A stretch of 63,982 nucleotides of DNA, filler included, from Hyphochytrium catenoides (Eukaryota > Protista > Hyphochytriomycota), in NCBI GenBank assembly GCA_900088475.1. It is 9 parts of 9 records of this genome, joined end to end, with 100 filler letters (N's around TTAATTAATTAA, not from the genome) between each part and the next. Parts side by side here need not be neighbours in the genome. Positions count along the whole stretch, not along the records: positions 1 to 21,590 come from FLMG01002201.1; positions 21,691 to 23,581 come from FLMG01004724.1; positions 23,682 to 39,036 come from FLMG01003445.1; 6 more parts are not named here. The stretch is one strand, 5' to 3'. Below are positions 10,668 to 24,029 of the stretch, in pieces. The notes below the pieces were generated by a model. The model saw nothing but the letters and a program-made list of their open reading frames with translations. It did no database searches and was not told where the DNA came from. A program made the translations under genes and the position numbers. The stretch's first letter is position 1; each line of letters begins with the position of its first letter.

Positions 10668-13636
10668 ATGACCCACCACGAGGAAGGAAAGACGCTGCAG
10701 TCCATCGCATAGCATCTAGAGGGAAGGATTCAGCAGCTTATCGCAGCGAAGAGGAGTAATCGGGACGTCGCTGATGTCTATGGCAAACTAGGCAGGCTCT
10801 ACAGCCAGTTCGATCTGAAGTCTGCCATAAGAAGCTATGGAAAGCAGAAGGAGATTTACGAGGACTACAAGGGTAAGAGGAGGGTTAGAAACGGAGGGAG
10901 GAGGGAGGAGGGGAGAGGAGATGGAGGAGAGACAATTCGACTTGTACTAAGGAGGTAGCTGTTCTCTTCTCGCAGATGCCGAAAATGTGGGCAGAGTCTC
11001 AAACACTCTCGGGGTGCTACATAGCGAGCTGGCGCGATCTTCGCCGACGCAGGGCCTCAGAGAGGAGAACCTTCGGGAAGCTTTGCAGCTCTTCCAGTCT
11101 CGCGTCTCCATGTTGCAAGGCCAAAACAGCTCATCCAAGCTCGCCCAGGGGCTCCTGAATATAGGCATAGTCTCGCTGCTCCTGGGGCTGAAGGAGGAGA
11201 GTCTCGTGGCGTTGGAGGACGCAAGCAAACATGCACTCACGGTACTGACGGGTCCCCTGTCCTATCCTCTTCTTGGCTTTGACTGAAGCGCTAATGCTTC
11301 TAGAGAGACGTACACTCCTGTTCACTTTCTGTCGGCGTGACCATGGAGCTTCTTGGTCCTAAGATTCTTTCTTCTCTTTCTCTTACTTGTCCTTCATCCC
11401 TCTCCGCGACTGTGGCTGGCCCTCGTCTTTGGCGTGGAACTGGCTGCACCCAACCTCCCAAACCTCTGCATAGATAAACCGCCCAGATCTTATGGAAGAG
11501 ATTGCAGCGGGTAAGCGGTCCAAAGAGGAATTGATAGAGATCTAGACAAATAGAGCACACCGAGAGCTTAAACTGGAAGATTGAGAAATGGAAACGACTA
11601 TAGCTTGCGGACTATGAGGCGACGGAGTGGCTAGGGGAGAGATAGATGGGTGGAGAGAGGGAGGGAGAGACAAGCAAAATGAGCTAATATTCATCCCAGC
11701 AAAGGCCTCGTTATTCCTTTCTGAGGACGTGGATAGGGCCATCAAACCCCTGGAGGAGCTGGCCAGAAGCACTGAAGACCAAGCCCGCCGGCGCCGGTAC
11801 GCACCAGGGTCTAATGATAGGGCCACTCAGCCTCAGAGATTAGGATGTCGAGCGAGAAGAAATGGCAACGTCAAGAAGAGAGGGAGAGAGCAAGCAAGCG
11901 AGCGAGCGAGCGAGAGAGAGAGGGAGAGAGAGAGAGAGAAAGAGAGAACGCGAGAGAAGGAAGAGAGAAAGGCTTCTGAGGCCCCAAAAGTTGCAGATAA
12001 TAAGCAGGGGTGCCACGCATAAAGGAGAGGCCCTAATGGGGAAGCCAGGTGGCAGGGGCATGTCTCCCGCCCTGTGAGATACCATGACAGTAAGGGAACC
12101 TCTGCCGCAGTCTCAATTTGCAGATAGCACGCTGTCACTTCAAGTTCTCTCAGCTCAAAGAGGCAGAGCGGCTATGTCGCTCTCTCCTGCAAGGAGAAGG
12201 GGGTGTTGACGAGGCGGTGGAAGGGCAGAGCAGGAGCCTGTTAGCCGCAATGCTTTTTACTGCAGGAAAGTACGGAGAAGCCGCGTCTCTTCTCTCTCAT
12301 CCTGGAGACTTGGCTGGTTATGAAGGAGAGACCAGAGAGAGCAAACTCCTGGTAGAGACTTCCTGACGTTTTCACTTAGCTAGGAGAGCCTCTCACTTGC
12401 CCGCTGTTTTCTTTACTACTTTGCCTTGTCCTCCTCCTTCATTGTAGGGCACCATGAGCCTAGGGATCTCCCTACTTATGGACGGAAAGCCTGGCGAGGC
12501 TGCTGAAATTATGGCGAGGACGCTGCAAGAGACGACTGAGAGGAAGGGCAGACTGGTAGCTGCGCTACAACTGAACCTCGCCCTCTCATACCTCACATCA
12601 AAAGAGAAGGAGGCTGCACGCAAGCTGCTGGAGGATGTAGGCTCCCGCTCGAACTCTTGCGAGGAAGAACTCTTCTGCCTCGCTGCCCTAGGCCGTGCTT
12701 TTCTTTCTCTCGTCGAGAAGCGGTACAGCGAGGCCATCTCCATCTATGAAGATCAGGTGTGACAGCAAGAGCAATGGCAAAGCACTGATAATTTGTAGCC
12801 TCTCACTTCTTATCAGGGGCCCACATCTCGTCAGCCTTAGCTTTAACTCATTTGACTCTTTTCTTCTTTTTGGAGTGGTCCTGAATAATCAGTGAATCTC
12901 TGCATCTACTTGGATTGCTCCCAACTTTAAGCGGTGTGAGGACCCAACCTCTTGCCCTCTATCTGATCCCTTGTCCTCTGTACCATCGGTCACATCCCGG
13001 GACCCAATTGCCTCTTCTTCTTAGCTTAAATCTACAGTAGTAGAACGTGGGCAGCCCTATCAGCTGATGGTGCAGGGCGGGTTGTCAGAGGCCGTGCTCC
13101 TCCACGCGATCGAGGGACCGAAGGCCAACAAAGGGGCTATCGAGCGCATCGAAGGACTCTGCAAGTCTTATCTTGAGCTGGCCCGGCAAGCTAAAAGTGT
13201 GATTGATGAAACGCGAGCCCTCAGGTGGGGACGCCAGCACCTCGTCTCTTTTGTCCCGTTATGACCTGCCAATCCTGCGAATGTCTTAACCTTCCACTGT
13301 CCTTAATTCTACCCTACGACTGCTAACGAGACTGTAATGCGCAGAAACCTTATGCTTTTCCATGAGTCTCTTAGCAAGGACAAGGCACAGCTCAAGCTAT
13401 ATGGCACATCCTATCTAGAGCTTGCGCACCGTCAATGCAGCGTGCTAGATGAGGCCACCGCTACTCGCTGCCTCACTAACCTCACTGTAAAGTCAGGAAG
13501 GGGAGAACGAGAGAGACAGAGTGTTCAACCTCCCTTGTTACAACGGGGAAGCTCCATCTATAGCGTGAACCTGCAGCCCCGGCTGCAGCTGCGGCCAGCT
13601 GTCTGTTATTATAGAGTGGATTCGCAGGCGCGGTAG
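10668..13636 (+). CDS. Tetratricopeptide-repeat (TPR)-like helical protein, multi-exon; 5' and 3' ends uncertain
   Basis: Exons with TPR-like patterns: VYGKLGRLYSQF, VSNTLGVLHSEL, GLLNIGIVSLLLG, AGKYGEAASLL, LQLNLALSYL, ALGRAFLSLVEKRYSEAISIYE. Confidence 0.6.
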
Positions 13637-13921
13637 CCATACTTGCAGTCTATTATTCCTCTTATTCTTCCTTCATGTGCCCTCTAATTCCCTAAGAACG
13701 TGCCCGCTTTCTTAAAGAAGCGCGGGTAAGGGTCAAACAGCCAACTGTAAGCCAGGCGGACAGATCGGCGAAAGTACATGCCAACGGCATTAGTGCTTTC
13801 AGTGCCTGAGTCGAGGGGAGAGAGAGAGAGAGAGAGAGACAGACAGAGAGAGGAGATGATGTCAGATGTCAGAGAACCTGAAGAGAGACATAGTCGTGCA
13901 CACTCAAGTCAACAACTCAAT

Positions 13922-16558
13922 TTAGTGGAAGCTCGGACGTAGGGCATTCACTAGCAGAAAGCCGAAAGTCTCTGAATAAACTGCACCAAGACCGAAGCAA
14001 GACACTGCGACACAACTATGGAGTCAACCAGATAGAAGGAGTTGGCTCTCAGAAGGAAAGAGGACCGAACGGGCGGGAGGATAGCAATGGAAGAAGGAGG
14101 AGGATAAGGGAGAAAGAGAGAGAGACGTAAAGAATAGGTGGACGTAAAGAAAAAAAGAAAACCATCTCTTAGCCCCTTACTTGGCTTCTTAAGCACGGAG
14201 TCCCACCACGTGAGATAACTTTCAGGGATAGTGCCAGATACTTTGTACCAGCCTGCCTTGAAGACGTAAAGAGAGATCACGGTCCACAGGAGGTAGACCG
14301 ACACTGCCACGACTCCGGCCCCGAGCAAGGTGACAGTGAACTTGTAAGCTACTCTTAGCTTTTTCTGCCCTTCCTGAGTGGAAAAGATGTCTGGGAGCTT
14401 ATAGAGCGCTATGATAAGGATAGCGAAGAAGAGGTTGGCCAGTCCCCAGAGCAGTCCTTCTAGGACATACTGATAGCGAGAGTTGCGATGGAAGATAGTG
14501 AGTTCTCTCTTCCTGCTCATGGTATAGAGACCAGGTCCGTTGATGAGGCAGAAGACCATGCCACCTACACTAAGAGAGAAAAGAATCTGGGAAACGAGCG
14601 CATAAGAATGAGAGAGCGGTCGGTTGTAGAGTGAGGATAGAGCACAACAGACAGAGAAGCTAGGAGAATGACACAGCAAGCCCAGAGAGAGAATGAGAGG
14701 GACAAAGAATACAGAGAGAGAGAGAGAAAAAACCACACACAGGGAGAGGAAGGGAAGAGACGACAAGAAATGAGAAAGAGAAGAGTGTGTACGCGTGAGC
14801 GAAACAAAGGGTGATATTGGCAAGACCGTCTTAAGAACGTGATCTGATGAGAGGCAGTGCCATAGAGTTTTTACAATGCCAAATTCAGAGCTCTCAAGAG
14901 CGAGACGAGAAGAGTAGTTACAGCGAAGCTAATGCAGAGTGACTGCTTCAAAAAGCTATGATTGGTATCTCAAGGTCTTCTATTTTAGAGAAAGAGACAG
15001 AGAGAGAGAGAGAGAAAGAGAAGAAGGAGAGCGATAGAGAGAGGAGAGAAAGAAAGAGCGCCTACCCAGGAGCCCGTCAGCCAAAGCATCTTCTGCCTGA
15101 AGAAGCCAAAGAGTCCGCCCGGATGGCTGATCATGAAATGTCCAAGGAAGCTCAGGACCAGGGCGAGGAGAAGAGGGTACACCATCACCTCCAACGGATC
15201 ACTGAACAAGGCAAACTACGGAGAAAGAGCCACACGACGTCATTAAGGGATAAGGACACAAGGACCAATGACAGCACCTGGAGAGTCGGAGATTGACGCG
15301 TGCAAGGGAGACAGAAGGACAGAGATAACCGGTAGTGGACACGAGACGAAGTGATGAGCATTCGGGACAAAGTTAGTGAGAGACCGGCCAGAATAGTGTC
15401 GAACACCTGCATAGGAGAGAGAGAGAAAGAGACGGAAATTGGTACATACATGCACTCCGTGGTGAGTTGAGACGAGCTTGCTTAGCTTGGGCCCCGTCAG
15501 TGAAGCCCCCTGGCTCGTCACGAGCTTCCCCTCCTCTCCAGGCCCAAAGTACACTACCGTCGGGACTACGGTCGCAGAGGCAAGCGACAGGACGAACAAA
15601 GTCAAAGAACAGATGAAGGGGGACATACGCAGAGGCATAGACAGAAGAAAGAGAGAGAAAGCGTCACGCTCCAGATGAGAGAATAGTCAGAGAATGGAGA
15701 GGACGTACCACTCTGGACCTGCAGCCGGGCGAAGCACTCCATGCAAGAGTCAGGAGTGATTTCTGCGAAGAAGAGTCCTCTTTCATCCTGGACTGACTCT
15801 TGATAGACCTTCGCAGCTCGAACAAACGCTTCGTTAGCAGGACTATGCTCGCCAATCGAAAGATAGCATTAGCACGAGGAAGGTGACGAGAGGCAGTTCG
15901 GCGATTGAGTGGCCACAGCACTTACACGCAAGTTTCAGGGCAGAATTGTGCTATCCTAGGCTCGTCATTGAGCTGTAGAGTGAGGTGGAGATAGTGATGA
16001 GCGCCTTCTAGGCAGACAGTGAAAAAGCGACAACGAAGATGAACGTATAGAGAGAGAGCAAAGGAGAGCGAGAGACTGAGAGCGACAAAGTCAGAGAGAG
16101 AGAACACAAAGGAGCAAGACAGCAAGGAAAATTAAGGAAGAGAACAACGGGGAAAGAGAGAGAGAGACGAAAATCCCCTGAGCTCATAGAAAAGAGACTA
16201 AGATAGAAAGAGCAATGAGAAGGTGCGAACGCGATGGCATGGGCAAGGCCGGCATTACCGTGACTAGAGCGAAGACGCCATAAGTCTTCCGTTCTGAGGC
16301 TAAGAGTTCTTCATAGTCCTGGAAGCTTCTGACCTTCATCACTTTCTTGCCGCCATTTGTCTTCTTCTCCATGCGCAGCTTCAGCTTCTTCGCAGCCTGA
16401 GGAGGCCAAAAGGCAGCTCATTAATCCGGAACCTTATCCTTCCCTCTCCAACATCCATCCACTTCTCCTACCTCTTCCTTCGAACCAGCGCTCGCATCAT
16501 GGCTGAGCAGTTGAAGTGCTGCCCAAAGGGCCAGGCACAGACAGAAGATGGACTTCAT
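13922..16558 (-). CDS. OST3/OST6 (MAGT1/TUSC3-like) oligosaccharyltransferase subunit
   Basis: Signal peptide MKSIFCLCLALWAAL; thioredoxin-like lumenal domain (CPETC...LFFAEI...FARLQVQSVPTVVYF); TM region SVGGMVFCLINGP...RYQYVLEG. Last exon is tentative. Confidence 0.8.
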
Positions 16559-17090
16559 AACGTTTGCGATCCGTGGACCCCACTTTCAGGCCCCTTCCCA
16601 GATCTGAGGCCTTCGAACGATTGCAGCAAGACTCTCTATCTTGCCGTTGACTCAGGGATCCCTTTTTGAAGACGCTCAGGCGGCCACAGGCTCCAAAGCT
16701 TCGAAGAGCCTTGAGCATCGCCGATGAGAGAACGAGCTGACGCGCGGCGGTCCGACTTCTACGCGGCCAAGATCTATTGTCTCTATGGACAGAGATTGAA
16801 AAGTTCCCATCTATCGTAGGATTGTTCCCTGCAGCCTTGGACGCTAATAAAATACCTATGTGCTGGTTTCTTTGCGGAAGAAATAAACGAGTACGTGAAT
16901 TTTACTTTTCCAGTTCTGGATCTTCTCAGCAACAGATCTGCAGCTTCGATCTGGAGATTTGACTTGCAGAGCTCTAGCCGAGCTCCGGCTGACCTCAATA
17001 GCAGTTGGCTAGGCGCCGCCCTCCGGACCTCGAGTGCAGCCGCAGGGAGATACAAGCATTGTGAGGAGACAAGACCAAGAGGCAGCAGAT

Positions 17091-17790
17091 ATGGCGCGTG
17101 TGCTACCAAGAAGAGTGGAAGAGCTGGCGGTTTGCTTGGTGGTTCTACTGGCGGAGCTTGGTCTGTACTTCTTCCTGGGGCTGGGCCCCATCTTCCATCC
17201 ACAGCCAGATACGGACGCTGCTCTCTTCCTTGTAGCGTGTTCTGGGGCCTATCTTACCTTTAGGATAATCTGGAGGGTCGTGCTGGCACCCCTGAGTCTT
17301 CTGAAGGGCCACGTAATCCATGGTAGGCGCTCTAGCTTAGCTGTCTTGACGGTAAACACCGAAGACATAACTTACCTTCTTGTCACTAGGACCTTTCTTG
17401 GTGGCTGCAGCGGGCGTAGGACTGGCTGGAGCTGCAAGTTATGTCTACACGTCCACTGGGGGTCTCACCTCAAAGGGCGTGAAGGCATTTGTTGGCCACT
17501 ATCTTCCCGAACCGTGGGGCAGCTTTGCTGGGAGCAAGGCCTCAGCGTTGCAAACGGAAGTGGACTTCCTCTTCCGCCTGGCAGTGCTTATCCTGGCGCT
17601 TCATGTTGTTCTAGGGCTTCTAGTGGCACCGCTATACGCAGCTTATTACCTGCTCAGGACACTCTCAACTCCGAAGACTCAGGCTGGGCTAGCTGGAGAA
17701 GGCAGCGTGACCGATAAGGAGGAGGATACTCGCAAAGAGGTCGCAGAGACTGACCAGCAGGCGAGTAGCAGCCATAAGAAGTCAGATTAA
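17091..17790 (+). CDS. Small multi-TM hypothetical protein with C-terminal KKxx ER-retrieval signal, 2 exons
   Basis: ATG at 17091; GT-AG intron at about 17323-17389 joins the two ORFs; about 4 hydrophobic segments; ends HKKSD-stop. Confidence 0.65.
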
Positions 17791-18045
17791 GTTAGGGCTT
17801 GTGCCTAGGGGAACTAAGCGTATATCATAGAACTCTCTCTCTCTCTCTCTCTCTCCCTGTCTGTCGCCATCTCCTATCTGAAGAAGCTTTCCATCGTTAG
17901 CTCTCCTGGATGGGAAGTTCTCTCTCTACGCTCTGTCTCTCAAGATCGCTCCTCCCATGCGGTTCCTGTCACTCTCCCTAGCCTGGCCAATCTTCGTCTG
18001 GATCTCCCTCTTTCTCTCTCGAACTCCCCTCCGCCCACTCTATTA

Positions 18046-21000
18046 TCATGCTCCGTCATCAAAGGTTATCTCTGACGCTGAGGCGGAGATGCCCAGTTTG
18101 GCCAACCAGCCTTCGAAAGCTGAGAGGATCTTCTTCCTCTGTGAATCTTTGATCTTCTGCAGGTATTTGACCTTGAACGTGTAAGAAAGGAGAGAGAGAA
18201 GAGAAGAGGAAGAAAATGCGTAGCCAGAGGCAGTGGTTAGCAAACAAAGGTTCCTTGATAGAGAAAAGGAAGGCGGCATACCTCCGACTTGACCTCATTC
18301 AGGCTCTCAAAGAGTTCGCGATATTGCTGAAGAGCCACATAATAGAGAGACACCGACAGAGAGAGAGAACAAGAAGGAGACAAGGAGAGAAAGAAGAGAG
18401 AGGAGAACCTGTTAGTAGACACCGATAACGCTTCCACTCTAGCCTGGATTGGCTCATGAGATCAGAGGACGAGGCATTGAGGCCTCTCTCCCAGTAGGGG
18501 CCCGAGAGTCTCACCTTCTTTGCTTCTTTGAGCCGTTGAACGATCTCTAAGTCATCCTAACAGTAGCGCATCAGTTGACAGAGAGAAGGAGAAGGGCCAA
18601 CCAAAGCAATCGTTACAGAGGGAGAGAGAGAGACAGGAACTCAGCAGCTGCAAAGCCTCTAAAAGTGAATAGCAAAAAAGATAGGACAGGGGAGAAGTCT
18701 GCAAACACAACGAAGAGTGGAAGAGAGCTGGAGACCGCACAGAATGGTTGGGGCATCAGCGCTTACCTCAGCAGCCTTCGAAGCTTCTAGCAGCTCGTCA
18801 ATGTCCCTGCATCATATCGTTACCCCGCGACACCCCGACAACAGATAGAGAGAGAGAGAGAGTGAGAGAGAAAGAACCTAGGAAGAAAAGGCGGGGCACA
18901 ACCAGGGGCCGAGATATAGAAAGAAACAATTCGCGACTGAAGATTGAAGCTAAGAAGGGAAAGGTTACTAAGACGCTGTGAGAGAGGCAGAGGAAGAAGA
19001 AAAGACCGTAATACCGCTTCTTCTGGTTCACGTTGATCGCCACTTCTTTTGACTTGCTCTTTAGCTCTTTCAAGGTCTGCTGGGTAGAGTCCAGTGCCTG
19101 CTGCAGGTCCCTACCATCGGATTGACTGAAGCTCTGATAAAGCTAGGGGCCAGCGCGGGTCAGAGGGAGAGAGAGGAGGTTAGAAAGAGTAGGGCCCACA
19201 GGACTTTCTTTGTCCTTCTGGAAGCTTGCACTGTCTCACTCTCTTCTCTCTTCCTCTTCTTTCTGTCTGACCTGCCTATAGTCCGGAGGAGTGCTTCCTC
19301 TGGATTGCGCTACCACTTCACTGTCATTTAGACCCGTCGAGGACTCTGCAGACCCGCTCCTCAGTGAAGAGACACTCGTGGGCGGCTGTCGCCTATCTCT
19401 TATTCTCTGATCTCCCACTGAAGAAGACTCTGATGGCTGCTCGCTGGCAAAGACTTCAACTTCTGGTCCTGAGGGGACGAACGACGCAGCTTTCTTGGCA
19501 TTATGTGCAGGGGCACTCACTTCCTGATGACTGGCAGCCAAGCGTTAGGCGCCGAGGGTGCACCATGACACATCAGAGAGAGAGGATATAGAGACAAGAA
19601 GTACCAAGTAACAAACAAAAGGAGCGACGACTGAGAGACAAAAAAAGAGAGGCAAAAAGAGAGAGAGAAAGCGAGAGAGAAAGAGAGAGAGAGCTCAAGG
19701 AGGGACAAAAGAGAGAGATGAAGAGATGAAGAGAGAGTAAGGGCCGAAGAAATGGAGGAAAAGCCATCTAATGACATTGGTTGCGCCCTAGAGACCGCAT
19801 GCGAAGATCACAAGCCAGTCCCATAATCAAAAGGTGGCAAAGTATATAAAGGAGAAAGAGGGAGACAAAGAGAAGAGAAGGAAAGAACGAAGAGTGAGGG
19901 CGCGAGAGACACTTGAGAAGAGATAGAGAGCACATGACCGCTACCTCGTCTGTCCGGCAGCCTGGACTGGGCGTTGCAGGAGCACCAGCTCACGAAAGAC
20001 TTTGAAGATCTGCTGAACTTGATAGTGTGAAACTACCTGCAGGTCCAAGAAATAGGGGAAGAGAGAAAGAGAGAGAGAGAGAGGAGAGCTCGTATTATGG
20101 ATCGGAGCCCGAGTGGCAGAAGAGGCTAGGAGAATGGAGGCTTAAGAGAAGACGGAAGGAAGGAGAAAAGTGGGAGGAACACTTTTGATGCTGGGGGAAG
20201 GGTCTTTTGTTCTTCCTCATTTTTTTTTCTCACCTCAATCTCTGCTGTCTCATCCTTGACGAATGTGTCCACCATGGTCCTCAGATGAGAGAGCTGTGGC
20301 CCGGAGAGCTCCTGATACTGGAAGGAGCTGAAAGGGGAAGCCATCAAAGGAGAGAGGTGGAGAGAGAGGGAGAGAGAAAGAGAGAGGGAGAAAGGACGGG
20401 GAAGGCGGTGAATAATGATAAGTCAGGGCAGCGAGAGAGCGGCACAGGTAAAGCTATCGGGCAACGCAGAAAAGAAAGCAAGAGACAAAGAGAGAGGGAA
20501 GGAGAGGGAGAGACGGATGGTGAAAGAAGGCTACTATTATAGGGTGCCAGTGACTGAGGAAGGTCAAGCCCATAGCGACCGAGAGAGACAAGCTGCTGGC
20601 GCACTTACTGCCTTCCAATCAAAGCGTCATGCAGTGCCAGCTCCTGTCGCAGTGCCTTGATCTCTCTTTCCAGCCTTGGAGGGAAAAGACTTTAGTGTCC
20701 GGTCCAATCTTCTCTGTCTCTCTCACTCTCTCTCTCTCTTTCTCTCTCTCTCTGTCTCGTTGCTTCATTTGCAATGTTTCTTCTCTCTCCAGTCTCTGCC
20801 CTCACTATCTCCTCAGACTCTACTCTCTCTCTCTCTCTCTCTCTTTCTGTGTCTCTCTCTCTCTCCCCCACCCCCTCTCTCTCTCTCTCCTTCTTTCTCC
20901 CTTTCTCTCTGTCTCTTTCTCCTTCTCTCTGTCTCTCTTTTTGAGATACAGAAGAAGACAGACGCACAGCACCTCGTTCCTCTCACCTCTTGCACGTCTC

Positions 21001-21590
21001 CGACTTGTCAACATTGATATTCAGCACCGGAGAAGTCTTCACCCGCATCATCCGGGTCGCGAACCGCAGAGTGCAAAGCGTTTGATCCGCGTGCGCCCGC
21101 TCAGACCAAACACAAGCGACTAAGACAGTGTTTGCGTTCCCACCTAGCGAGTCCTAGATTCCAACCGCACAGGTCCATATCAGTGCTTGCTCTCTCTCTC
21201 TCTCAATCTCTCTCTCTCTCTCTTTTCCTCTTGTCTCATTATTCCCTCTCTCTGTGTCTCTGTGTCTTCCCCTCTTCCTTTCCTTTTCTCTCTCTCTCTC
21301 GTCTCCTCTATCTTTCCCCAGCGCGTCTAGAGCACAAAGGTGTCCTGTGTAATCATTCTTGTTGTTGGCGTGGTCTCTCTTTGTCCGTGATATCGCTCTC
21401 TTTGGCCGCTCTCTCTTCTTGGCACTATCCTTAACTTGGCTCTCTCTCTTTCTGTTGTGACTCAGTTGCTCCTTCGATCATCCCCCTCTCGCCTCTATCT
21501 CGCCTCTATCTCGCTTTCTCTCTTCGTTCCCCTCATCTCTCTCTCTTCTGTCGCCCTCTGACCTTGAGGACGTTGGTAAGTGTGGTCTGT
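18046..21590 (-). CDS. Kinesin-9 (KIF9/KIF6-like), 3' part; motor N-terminus lies beyond the contig end
   Basis: Short exons missed by the ORF track: QTTLTNVLK|DSLGGNANTVLVACVWSERAHADQTLCTLRFATRMMRVK (motor end) and LEREIKALRQELALHDAL. KIF9-like tail QYRELFESLNEVKSEVKYLQK...LSAFEGW. Confidence 0.85.
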
Positions 21591-21690
21591 NNNNNNNNNN
21601 NNNNNNNNNNNNNNNNNNNNNNNNNNNNNNNNNNTTAATTAATTAANNNNNNNNNNNNNNNNNNNNNNNNNNNNNNNNNNNNNNNNNNNN
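21591..21690. other. Artificial contig linker N44-TTAATTAATTAA-N44
   Basis: Exact 100-nt spacer with stops in all six frames, repeated 8 times in the window. Confidence 0.97.
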
Positions 21691-21964
21691 AGAGAGAGAG
21701 AGAGAGAGAGGGACAAAAGCAGAGAGAAGCGAGAAGGGAGAGAGAGAGAGTAGAGAGGAAGAAAACAAAGAAAGCGCGCGAGAGAGAAAGGTCACCCTTG
21801 ACCGGTAAGCGCATTAAGGCAGCAATAAGAGCGAGGTACCGCTTGCCAGCACTCCAAGAGAAGACAGCCGAGAATAGAGAGAAAGAGAAGAGATAAGAAG
21901 AGAGAGAGTGACAGAAAGAGAGAGAGAGAGAGAGAGTGGGAGAAAGAGAGAAGGGAACTCTCAC

Positions 21965-22052
21965 CTCTGTACAAGTGTGCGCTGGGCAAGTCGTAAAGAT
22001 GCTTTCCATTCCCTCTTCCACCTTCAGCTGAAGGTAAGACTTCCAACAATCC

Positions 22053-22090
<38 letters not shown>

Positions 22091-22602
22091 GGAGAGAGAG
22101 AGGGAGAGAGAAAGAGAGGGGGAGAGAGAGAGAGAGAAAGAGAGGGGGAGAGAGAGAGAGAGAAAGAGATAGATAGATAGTTAGATAGATAGAGAGAGAG
22201 AGAACAAGACAGACGGTGAGGAGAAGGACAGAGAAAAAGGAGAAAAGAGGAGAGAGAAAGAGAGAAGGACAGGGCAAAAGAACTTATATCATCGGACAGA
22301 GTAGAAGGGAAATAAGATAGGTAAGAGAGAGAGAATGACATATGCCGACACAGGAGAGAGAGAGAAGCTGCGCGAGCGAAGGGACACTGCGAATAACGAA
22401 GGCGAAATAGAGAGAAAGAGAGAAAGAGAAAGAAAAGTTGGAGAAAAAGGTAAGTTCGGAGAGGATAGTAAGGGGAGACTCCTCTCTCTTTACCAAACAG
22501 AATCTATGGCCACATCCCATTCCTGTTGTCTGACTGCCCAAGACATCCTCGCAACATATTGGACAAGTGACCTAGAGAGAGAGCGAGGGAGAGAGAGAGA
22601 GT

Positions 22603-22660
<58 letters not shown>

Positions 22661-22924
22661 TGGGGTGAGACTTAGAGAAAGAAACCTCAGAGAGAGAATC
22701 ACTGTGAGCTCGCCCATCATAGGAGAAGAGATGGACAGGTAGCTGAGAATAAGAGCGGAAGGAAACAGAGGAGAAAGGAGAGAAAGAGAGAGAAAAGATG
22801 AAGGAGAGAAGAGAGGGAGAAAGATGACGGCAGCTATGGAGATGGAGAGTCAAAAAGGAGAGAGTAGAGAAACAGAAACACAAAGGCAGAGAGAGAGAGA
22901 GAGAGAAAAACACAAAGACAGAGA

Positions 22925-22967
<43 letters not shown>

Positions 22968-23090
22968 TTTGCTACCGTCTGGTTTGGATCTATGGGTGGT
23001 GCTGGTGCTGCCAGGAACTGTACTCCCGCTTTCTTTAGTGTGCCCGACGGATCCTCATAATATTTGTCAAACAGCTTCTCCTTGCTCCAC
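21965..23090 (-). CDS. Ariadne (ARI/ARIH) RBR E3 ubiquitin ligase, partial (UBA-like region + RING1)
   Basis: Three exons: WSKEKLFDKYYEDP; VTCPICCED...MGCGHRFCL; DCWKSYLQLKVEEG...TCPAHTC. Confidence 0.85.
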
Positions 23091-23095
23091 CTGCG

Positions 23096-23160
<65 letters not shown>

Positions 23161-23329
23161 AAAGAGGGAGAGACGGGTCCGCGCCAGAGAGGGATTGAGA
23201 GAGATTGAGAGAGAGAGAAAGAGAGGGATTGAACGGCTCAGGTCAGGGAGAAACGTAAGTGATCAAGAAGAGTAAAATAGGAAGCACGAGGTCACAGGAT
23301 GTAATTTAAAAGTCAAGAGAGAGAGGGAG

Positions 23330-23363
<34 letters not shown>

Positions 23364-23540
23364 ACAAACAGAGAGAGAGAGACAAGCAGAGAGAAAGACA
23401 AACAGAGAGAAGCCCTAAGACATAGAGAGAAAAAGCGCAGGACAAAGCCACACAGGACAAGCCAAATGTTCCTTAGGAAGAAGACGCCGGAGCTTTCAGT
23501 AAAAAGGCTCAAAATCAGGATTAAAAGAGAGAGACTTGTA

Positions 23541-23581
<41 letters not shown>

Positions 23582-23681
23582 NNNNNNNNNNNNNNNNNNN
23601 NNNNNNNNNNNNNNNNNNNNNNNNNTTAATTAATTAANNNNNNNNNNNNNNNNNNNNNNNNNNNNNNNNNNNNNNNNNNNN
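23582..23681. other. Artificial contig linker
   Basis: N44-TTAATTAATTAA-N44. Confidence 0.97.
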
Positions 23682-24029
23682 CTAACCACTATCGGCTGAT
23701 GCTGCTTTTGCCGACCTTTCAGGAGGCATTGTACCTATTGTGGCCCTAGCAGCAAAGGTTGTCTGACTTTCTGGCAATCCCTCTCCTCCTCGATATGCTG
23801 GCTGCATCATGTAGGAAGACCGGAACCGCATGGATTACCAGAATGGCTCTACTCCTAGGTACTTGGTCGGCTTCTCTCGGGACAAGCTATAACTCCACCA
23901 TGGGCGAACCGAGCTAAAACAGCAAACTCAAACTAGCGCTCAACTTTCCCAGCCAGACAGTTGTTGCTTGGCTTCCGTTATTATATTTGTTACTGTTGGA
24001 GCATACTGCTGGACCACTACTATACTATT

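Noticed and set aside
19500-23580. Many ORFs rich in SLSL or RERE
   Set aside because: Translations of intronic (CT)n/(AG)n microsatellites.
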